The notes below the pieces were generated by a model that saw only the letters and a list, made by a program, of their open reading frames with translations, was not told where the DNA came from and did no database searches. From the human T2T-CHM13v2.0 reference genome, Homo sapiens, in assembly GCF_009914755.1 (NCBI RefSeq), contig NC_060931.1: a DNA stretch of 64,000 nucleotides; one strand, given 5' to 3'. Below are positions 54,619-64,000 of the stretch, in pieces (within the stretch, counting starts at the first letter, position 1; the number at the start of each line of letters is the position of its first letter). Position numbers and translations under genes: made by a program.

Positions 54619-55479
54619 CATAGATTGTTTTTTTTTTAAGTGTTGAAAGCTGGGCTTTCATTGCCAAAGAAGGCAAATGTTGGTGTTTCATAGCAGCTGA
54701 ATTTGCCAACCACCTACCCAGTGGTTAGGCTACTAAAGTGGAAAGTTTCATTCCCAATTAATGCACCATTTTTCTCAGAGACTTTGAACAGACATGTTTT
54801 TGATCCATCAAATCTTTCTGTCCTGGGGTTGTGTTTGGTTTTTATTCCAATTCTAAGGTCTGTCTGAACACGCTGTGCCTTGAGCCATGTAGCACACAGA
54901 AGGACAAATGATTTCTTCTTATTATTCTTTTTATTAACAATTGAAGGGAATAGTTAACATTTAAGAAAAAAAAAGACTGACTTGAGAGAAACTTTTGGTT
55001 ATTTTCTAGTGAGGGAAAAAAAGCTCTAAATGCAGTATGTCAATCTTGTTTCCTAGATAACAAAGCAAATCTAAAACAGTTTTGAACTTTTTTCCTTATT
55101 CCCTTTATCATGAATGTTTAATATCCAAAGGAGCCAATTTTTGTTGAGAATTAGCTTCCAGGTTTGGAGGCTATTAGCAATCACCACAGGGAGCCTCACA
55201 CTCCAGTTCTATTTCCCATCCTTTTTCCTGAATCAGAATCATTTTCTGTGTAGTTATAGCAAGTGCCTCGGTTTTGCTAGCCTCATCTGCTGTTTTTAAA
55301 TGTCAGCCTCTGCCAAGCTGAAACATCATGAAAGTAATCAAATTATGTATTAGGAAAGAGTAGATCATTGCTTCAATAAACTTGCCAAAATCAACATGTG
55401 TAGCCATCTATACATGTGGAATGTCACTTTGATCCCCCTATAGCTATTTCAGTAATGTCATAAATGTTCTCATAATCAT

Positions 55480-55730
55480 TTTATAATCATAATATTAGTT
55501 AACTATTACATTTTATCACTTAACTCGTGCTAAGCATTTAGCTTGTATTACCCACTTTACCTGTACAATAGTTCTCTCAGGTAGATGCTAGAGTGTTATC
55601 CAGGTTATTGTGAGGAAGCTAAGGCACAAGAAATTAAGCAACTTGCCCATTATCCTACAGCTAACAGTCCTGGATTCATACCCAGGCCTGTGTGATTCCA
55701 GAGCCCATGCTCTTAAATGCTAGGCTACAC
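55480..55730 (-). mobile_element. MIR
   Basis: tgaggaagctaaggcaca.gaaattaagcaacttgccca...ggattcatacccaggc.tgtgtgattccagagccc. Confidence 0.75.
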
Positions 55731-56014
55731 CTCCTTCTTTTTATCCTTCTGTGATCGTTAAAAAAGACATGACAGTTGTTGCTGTAAACCATAATTTGAT
55801 GTCTTATGATAACACTTAACTAGCTTATTGGTGGTTTTGTTTGTAAACATTGAAAGTAAGCTTTAGCCAATGCACACTTAATCAGATTTGTATTCAGCAA
55901 GTGTGCTTTTGCTAATAGTAAGCCAGACATTGTATCAGGCATCAGGGTAAACATACATATACATATGTATATGTCCCGACCTTGAGGAGGTCATATCTAG
56001 CTGGGGAAACTTAC

Positions 56015-56325
56015 AAATTGTACATAATCCATTATCCACAATTCCAAATTCCAAAATGCTCTGAGAAATGAAATTTTTAAAATATGTAGACTCATTTAGC
56101 CTAATTCCTGAATTCATATGAGGCCACATTATATATAGCCTTTGTTTGTACCTCTTAATATAATTTTTCATACATGTGTTTGATTATGAGGTGCTACCCT
56201 AAGCTCTCCTGGCATTGTTGCATAATACATAGTAAATGCCCTGAAAACCTTTCTAAAATCTGAACTTTTTGAATTCTGAAATATATCTGGTCCTAAGAGT
56301 TTAGCAGAAGGGATTGTGGCCATAC
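56015..56325. mobile_element. MER46C Tigger-family element
   Basis: ttatccacaattccaaattccaaaatgctctga...cctttctaaaatctgaa..gaattctgaaa.atatctgg.cc.aag...aagggattgtgg. Confidence 0.7.
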
Positions 56326-57798
56326 ATGAATGGACATGTTGTAGCCCAGCAAAAGGAATGATTTACTTCCCATGATTGAGTTAAAGATTCACAGAAGAGG
56401 CTGCAGGCAGTGAAACTGGAATTTACCAAAGTTGTTTTGGCAGCCTAGGCAGAACTGAAGTTACAGCCAAAGATATAGACTTATAGAGAATCTGGGGAGG
56501 GTATACATGGAAGACAGGACTGGAAAGGCAAGTTGGCACCAGATTATGGAAGGCCTCCCATGTCACAGGAGAATGCATTCTTTTTCTATCAACTGACAGG
56601 CTCTTTTCTGATTTCCTTCAGCCTCATTTGCTGTTGTACCTTGCTTTGTTGCAGTGTGTCATGGATCCATTTGGAGAAGCTGATGAGTCATCTTGTGAAA
56701 GAAAAAATGAATTGAAGGACATTGCTTACTTTCTGTGTTGATTCAGGCCTCATTTCATCTTAACCCCCTAGTTAGAGGACATCAGTAATGATTCAGTCTC
56801 TGCAACTCATTCCTAAATAAAATTAATTGGAAAGTAGATAGCTCTCTAATAACCATGCTTGTTTTTGCATAATAGAAGGAGAAAAGGATTAAATTCTTTG
56901 TTCTAATTAATAGGAATGAAAATAGAATTGCAATCCGTGGTATGGCAAAATGAGAGAAAATAAGGCTTGTAAGTAATTTTCATGGTTGTTTAGGAATAAT
57001 TGTTTCATTATTGAGTTAATAGTTTTTACAAACAGCTTCCATTTCCATATCATATTGCTACAGTCGCTCTTTATTGAGATTGCCTCGGCAGAAGATGACA
57101 AGAAGTTGTTTTAAATCCATCACTTGTCTAAAATATGAGTTCCAAAGTAGTTAGGGGAGGGTATGCAGCAGGAAAGAATGAGGTATGGGAGGGAAACAGG
57201 GGGTCAGATTGAAATCAGTTGATTAATAAGACAACAAAATTCATTCACCAGCTTGTTTCAAAGGAGACTCTTATTATTCTGGAAAGAAATTAGACATCAG
57301 ATCCCTCATAGGCCCCAGGCTCTGACATGTGTTTTATAATGACAGTTAATTAGATACTGTCTGCAGCAATCATAGGCTGTCATTTCTAATACATTTCTGG
57401 GAAGTTGAAGGACAGGAGAAGTCACCCCCTCCTCATATTCCCCCTTCCCGTAACTGAAATCGGTTGCCAAAATTAACTGTGAATATATGAGGCACGAGTT
57501 CAACAATTATACAGCCGTTCTGCACATTTATGTTTCCTACTTAGTATGTACTCTGCATTCCAGGCTGGTCTGGGCATGCATTTTGCAGACAGAGATGTTA
57601 CTGCAGCCCTGGTAATATTTAGGAACATCTCACACAGCAGTCTAACACCTGGTCTTAAGTGGAAGATGCCACTTGTCATTGCAACTTATGCATTAGAACA
57701 CAAAGAATCTTTCACACCATTAAATTCAAACTAGCAGGCTTCCCTCTTTTCTAAAATAGAACTTGCAATGCATTAACTAAAGTCATCTATTCTCACAT

Positions 57799-57885
57799 GT
57801 GCACCAGCACGGCACATGTATACATATGTAACTAACCTGCACAATGTGCACATGTACCCTAAAACTTAAAGTATAAAAAAAAAAA
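57799..57885 (+). mobile_element. Young L1 (L1PA2/L1HS-like) extreme 3' tip
   Basis: gcaccagcacggcacatgtatacatatgtaactaacctgcacaatgtgcacatgtaccctaaaacttaaagtat plus A11. Confidence 0.93.
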
Positions 57886-58009
57886 CCTTAAATTTGAATA
57901 ATTCCTGCAGTAGTACTTAACCTAAATTTTTCATGCTTCCTTTTATCAAACATCATTATAACATGACCATAAAGTATAATATTTCTTAAAAACTAAGCCA
58001 TGAGGTAGA

Positions 58010-58330
58010 AACCATGTTGAAATCATAGATGTTAACATTTTAAGCATTCTCAGAAATTCTCTAGTCCAATCATTTTGGTCTGCAAACAAGGACATTTGAG
58101 TCTCAGAATGCTAAAGTAATTTGCCAAGATTGTGCAGTTTCTGGGCAAGCCTGACTTGCAATTCCATTCTCCTGAGTTCTACGCTGTTACTCTTTCCCCT
58201 TAAGAGCACTACCTAGTGACATTACCTGAGTAACTTTGGGCTAAGCCCTGGATGTTTCTGAGCTTGAGAGTCCTAGTCTGTAAAATGGACATAGGAATAA
58301 TATGTACCTCATAGAATTACAGTGAGCGTC
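58010..58330. mobile_element. Two MIR fragments in opposite orientations
   Basis: Reverse MIR core ~58050-58190; forward core ~58225-58325. Confidence 0.55.
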
Positions 58331-58624
58331 AGTGGGGAAGCCACTCCAAAGCCTTCAGTAAGACTCCAAGCAACCTTATGTTGCCTTCTGATTGCTTTTA
58401 TCCTTAGGTGTCCCTAGGTCATTGCTTTCATCCCAGAGCATGCCTGGAGCTTGTAAGTGCCTCCTAAGGGACATAAGAAGGCTCTCAGTGCCTTTGTGAT
58501 TGAAAACCATACTATTTTATGGGCCACCCAGTACATTTGTTTCTTATTTTAGAGACATGCCCACTCAAGCCATGTGCTGAAATTCAAGCTTTTTCAACCC
58601 AAGTTATCATAACTGGTGTCTCTA

Positions 58625-58806
58625 GGACAGTGCTTCCCAAACATGCTTCCCAAACATGCCAGAGGAAGAATTACCTGGAGAATGTTTTAAAAGTACAGAT
58701 TCTCGCTCCCTGACCCACTTAATGCCCTTCTGTCAATTCCCCTTGAAAGAAAACCTTTAGTACAAGAAGTGTGGAGAAGAGTCTGTTAATCTGTGTATTT
58801 ACTAGG

Positions 58807-58838
<32 letters not shown>

Positions 58839-58900
58839 TTTCTTTTTGAGCTCCCTGGACAATTGTGAAAAACAGCCAGGTTTTAGAGTGCCTGGCTCTA
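58625..58900. mobile_element. MER5-family MITE containing (TTA)n
   Basis: cagtgcttcccaaac...gaattacctggaga..tttaaaa.tacagattc; (TTA)n at ~58811-58838. Confidence 0.65.
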
Positions 58901-61900
58901 TCAGAGCAGATCATACCATACCCAAAATATGCTAGCTTTAACAGCTGCTAAAATATCTGGGTACTTTTTGTGGGTTCTAATTAACTTTCACATGTTGGGG
59001 GTTGAAATATCATCAGTGAACTGATAATATAAATTTTTGGATGCACTGGCACTTCTTTCCTTGCACTTATGTACTCATTCATGCACAAAGCTATCCAGCA
59101 CCCACTGTCACCACCCGGGCTACAACCCTTCTAATCTAAATGGATTATATAGTAGATAGCTGCTATTGTCTGTGAAGATAAGCCTGCTGTCTGCTACCAG
59201 TAGAAGACATGTTTGAGATTTGTTTCGTTTTATTTTATGGTGGTAGTGGTTTTAATCCCCTCATACCCACCATCCAAATAATATGGCTGGTTTTGTATTA
59301 GGCCGTTCTTTCTTACATCTGGTTTCCTCATAATCAAAGATACAGATTTTCAAAACACGTAGCTGGGATTAAGGATATGGTGTGTGGTACTGGTTATTCT
59401 CTGTGCAAAATAAACTGGGATCAGAAAGCATATTAAGCCATAAAACAAGGCCTGACCTTGTATGATTCTCTACCCAATGAGCTAACCAGCCAGGGCAGAG
59501 TTGGGAAGGCTACAGGATTGTAGGCCATTAACATCCCCGAAGAGCCAGGCTGATCTCTTGTATTATTCTCAGGCATGAGCAGAGAGTGTATGCAATAGCC
59601 AGTTCCATATGTTACTATAATGGTTCACTTGCTTTCTAAATGAATGCAGCCTCCTTACCAGCTGTGGACTCTTAGTGTTTGTAAAGGTTTAAAGATGCCC
59701 CAGTAGGAAGTAGAATGACATTGAATAAAGATGTTGAAAAAAAGAATGCAACCAAAGATGACGAGATAGTATATATTAAAGTTAGTTTAGCCAGAGCCCA
59801 GCACATAATAAGCTTTCAATAAATGTTAACTCCAGTTGAGGTTATTACTATTATTCTTGTGCCATCGTCGTTTAACTCAAATTATTACTGATCATCAGTG
59901 GCATATTGACTATGGATGTGAAGCATAGAAAGTTCAAGACATTTAACTTGATTTTCTAGAAAACAGCAGTTTAAACAATCTACTTTTTTCAAGCCTAACT
60001 TCTTACCCTATTTGTGCATATTATAGTATATGGTCCTTAACTTATGGACATTAGTTATGAATTCATATTTCCATTGGGTTTAGTGCATTGGATGTTTTAG
60101 GTGAACTAAATGGGCTGTATGAAGCTCATCTCTGGAGTAATTTCAAGAATCACTGAGGCTTATGGATAATTCACATTGTCAATTCAAAGTTTATGATTAT
60201 TTTTCCCTAAAGACTCTTAATCCTCCACCCAGCTTGCTCCCCCGCCCCTCCCCCACCACTTTATTAGTTGAATAAATAAGGATGAAAACATGGCTAACCT
60301 GACGAAAGTCTATTCTCTCTAGCAGTGGCCCAGATGTAGGGCAGTGGAATAGAGCACTGTCTTTACCCCTGGGACTCCAGGTCTGCAGATTTTAAAAAGA
60401 GTTAACTCTATGGAGCTATAATTATGGCAGTTTTTCAAAAAGGTAGACAGCATTTTACATGATTTTTTTGTTCTTAGTTTGTCTTGTCAGAAGTGAGGAA
60501 TTGCATTTCCCTCCTAAACTCTTTACTAGGTTGTGCCATGTGCCAGGATTTCTTAATGTCTTTAATCTGTAATGTGCCTAATCTTTGGGGGAAAAGGAGT
60601 AGAAATCAACATGCATGAAATGCACAGCCTTCATGTGTTAGGCTTTGTCTCAGTTAGACGAGTGTACATGGATCATTTGTAGCTTGTAGCATGGAGAAAT
60701 GACGTCAAGCCACCTGTGAAGCCATTCATTTAAGCAGTCAGTTTGACAGTCTCACAGGGTGATCTGCGAACACGTGACCTTCTTAATCTGGGTACACAAT
60801 GTAGCTCTGTTTATATATTCTTGTCTTTTAGTTTATTGTCTTTAATAAAGTTAGCAAGAGGATAAATTAGTTTTATCTGCCAAATATGTAACAGGTGCAT
60901 CAGCAGGCATGTCTATAACTATACTAAGGCTATCTGGGATGTATTCTCCCTATAGTTTTTCTTTGTATTAAGTACAGAGGGAGAACTGTTGCACAGTTAA
61001 AGCATCAAAATGTCTAAGAAAATGTACAGGATTTTTTCCCTATCCATGTCTCCTGTGGGGCATCCGTAAGCCTTTCATTCACTTTTCTATTGCACATCCT
61101 AAGAGACAGTTGGACTGATTTCGCACTTTCAGTGAAGAAAGTCATGGCTTATAGACCATGTGGGATGTTCTTCTGTCTACATTAGAAGAATTGAACTTTG
61201 ATGTTCTCTACTTTTCTTCACTTCAGGAAAGGATTTCTAGGAGATATAAGATTAGGCTCGATGCTAGAAGGAAACCACATCATCAGTTATCTAGAAGGAA
61301 TTGCATCTATCTTCTTTTTACTTATAGTCTTAATAGACTTAAGATTTATTGGGCATTATTGGGCATTCTGTAGATAAAAAGCACTCTTAAAGAAATAAAG
61401 CAAAATAAGTTGGATATCTATTTCTAGCTGGGCTAGAAAGCTAAAGCAAGTAGGGACTTCAAGTTGCAAGCATGATTTTAAAGAATAGGTTAGCAACTTA
61501 AAGATACTGAGTTTTTCAGTTTCTTTTTCCACCATCTCTTTATTGTCACGAGTCTATTTTCTAATTCCACCCGGGTTCTATGAATACAAATGGTGTTGTC
61601 TTTATGTTGTTGCAAAATAAAGCAACAATGCAGCATCCTCCTTAAAGGCTACTCTCTCTCCTTTTCTGATCCTGCCAACTGAGATGACATGGTTTGTATG
61701 TTAGTTTCGGTTCCATATTAATTTATTCAGTCATTTTTCAGGAGTTAATTGAACATCTTGTCTCTTGTTCCAGACATTTGGCACGTGTTGCCCCAAGCCC
61801 AATTCCTTTATGTGGGAAAAGGGTCTGCCAAAGAAGGCTAATTTACCTCCTTGTGAATGAAGGACTCCAGAATGTGAATGATGGATTGGGATCCATTGTC

Positions 61901-62610
61901 AGTGTGGACACGAGTCATTTACTCTTCTGTCTAATTTTTTAGATCATGGGTAATTTATGAAAAATTCAATTCATGTTTGATTTGTACCCTCTTAAATCAT
62001 CAACATATTATTTTTTAAGAGTTATCAAGTGTTCAAGAGCTAACATTTGGCTTAGAGTAAGCCTATTCATATGCCAAATAATTTGGATGAAGTACAGAAA
62101 CCTATTGCTTTGGGTCTTCAAATGGATGATCTTAACAAAGTATGATTCTCTGTGTTTCTTTATTGCATGTTATGGGCCATGAATTTGTTCCCTGCTTTAC
62201 TGATGTCCTCCTAATTGCTTGATATCTAAGAATACTTATCTGTAATTCACTGCCATATTAAAAATACGAAACAAAGCTGTCCTGTAACAAGAAGGTCCAT
62301 TTAGCCTTCTGAAAAGTAACAAAAATGAAAACAAAAAGGAGCAGGAGCTTTAAATTTGTTCTAAATACAGGACCATTTGAGGGCCAAGAGAATTAATTTA
62401 TATTTTTAAACATTATTTTATAAATATATTTTGTTGTTGATTTTTTATATTTAGTCTGCTAAGATTATAGATTTAAAATAGTGAGTTTTACCAGGATCTT
62501 TAATGATTCTTGTTGCCTATCAAGCAGAATTCTTTGAGCACAGTATTTATCAGAACTTCTCCTGAGATTGAAGATCATGTATACTTTCTTCTAGGCCTGT
62601 GCTTAGTCTA

Positions 62611-62665
62611 AGAGAGAGAGAAAGAGAAAGAGAGAGAGAGAGAGAGAGAGAATATATATATATAT
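62611..62665. repeat. (GA)n(AT)n compound microsatellite
   Basis: Directly visible. Confidence 0.9.
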
Positions 62666-62964
62666 CAATTAAATGTGATTGTACTAGACATTTTCAGAAG
62701 AAATTATCAGGAAACGTTGTTACTGAATTCTATATCCAGGTCTGATTCAGACAATCTGAGGATCACCTTTTGGACCACAATGTATAGAAAAATACTTCCT
62801 GCAGAGGGTTATGTGAGAAGTTGCTACTCTAGAGCTGAAAAGGGCTTTCACATTCTTAGGGCATTTATTCTAAGAAACAGGACAGTGTTATGATTATTGG
62901 TGGAATGAGGATGCACTGATTTGGAATTGTAGTAGAAAGTGGATGAGTAACATAGATGCGAGAT

Positions 62965-63205
62965 GGCAGCACATAGTTGGGAATGCAGACTATCTGGGTT
63001 CAAATTCTGACCCAGTCACTAATTAGCTTTGTGACCTTGAGCAAGTCGCTAAACCTCTCTGTACTTTGGTTTCCTCATGTGATATATGGGGATGATAATG
63101 ATCAGTACCACCTTTTATAAGGTTGTTGTAAGGATTAAGCTTGTTAATACATGTAAAGTTATTAGAAAATCCTCTGGCGTATAGCTAGTATATATGAATG
63201 ACTAT
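62965..63205 (+). mobile_element. MIR
   Basis: ctgggttcaaattctgac...tgtgaccttgagcaagtc.ctaaacctctctgt...ggttgttgtaaggattaa. Confidence 0.85.
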
Positions 63206-63640
63206 TATCATGAGTCGTTATGAAGTTTGTCTTGGTGCATACTTTACCCAGGTAATAGTCTGTGCTTTCTGGAATTACATCATCTCTGCATCTCTGTGCT
63301 AATTAAAGCCTACATGTCTAGTAACATTCATTCTCCGTCTTCCATTTTTTAAAAAAATGTCTCTGAAAGGTTTATAAAAATATACTTGATTGAGAATTAC
63401 AGGCATTCTCCCAAGAATATTTACATTTTAACCAGGACTGTGCCATGATTAAGACAAAGGAAAGGTCCAAAGTATTACGAGTTTTGACCCAAGTTGCCAT
63501 CCATCCTACTCCATCTCTTGATGCTTATCTTAGCGGGGGTAATTAGTGAGAAAAGAAAAATGTAAAGCAAGTTCCTCATGAATCCCTTATTAACTTTGAA
63601 CAGGACTCAGTCTGAGATATTATCTCATTTAAGACTTCTC

Positions 63641-63920
63641 GGGTCAGGCATGGTGGGTCACACCTATAATCGAAGACCAGAAGAGAGACTGGAGGATCAC
63701 TTGAGCCCAGGAGTTCGAGACCAGCCTAGGCAACATACGGAGACTCTCTCTACAGATAATAAAAAATTAGCCGGGCTTGGCGTGTGCCTGCAGTCTCAGC
63801 TACTGGGAAGGTTGAGGCGGGAGGATGGCTTGGGCCCAGGAGGTGGAGGTTGCAGTGAGCCGTGATCACACCACTGCACTCCAGCCTGGGCAAGAGAGTG
63901 AGACTCTGTCTCAAAAAACA
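63641..63920 (+). mobile_element. AluJ
   Basis: Perfect TSD AAGACTTCTC at 63631-63640 and 63921-63930. Confidence 0.93.
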
Positions 63921-64000
63921 AAGACTTCTCTACTATTCTAAGATGCAGATAGGTCAGAAGGTTGTGACCACTGACTGTATCCCACGATTACTCATTCAGA

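Noticed and set aside
62955-62975. CTCF-like GCGAGATGGCAGCA
   Set aside because: Lacks the 5' CC and overlaps a MIR start

Overview
Primate (human-like) non-coding DNA. It is AT-rich and CpG-poor, with many Alu, L1, L2, MIR, MaLR/ERVL LTR and Tigger/hAT/mariner relics. No intact protein-coding exon, RNA gene or CRISPR-type system can be supported. Two processed pseudogenes lie about 5 kb apart on the minus strand: COX5B (12449-13110, with an 11-bp TSD; the ORF track misses it) and RPS3A (17824-18959, interrupted by an AluS). From memory, this pairing matches COX5BP3/RPS3AP27 in a very large EXOC4 intron at 7q33; that placement is tentative and not verified. Best leads: (1) the COX5B retrocopy keeps ancestral residues, a long 3'UTR, a CpG-rich 5' end and a junction-made splice donor; (2) a ~45-bp templated duplication inside an L3 relic creates a kB palindrome; (3) a 99-nt frame-preserving cassette-exon candidate; (4) a strong CTCF motif; (5) a UPRE/CCAAT/CARE cluster beside an antisense donor; (6) a very young L1 3' tip with no TSD. 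Repeat subfamilies were assigned by eye, and boundaries of old repeats are approximate.
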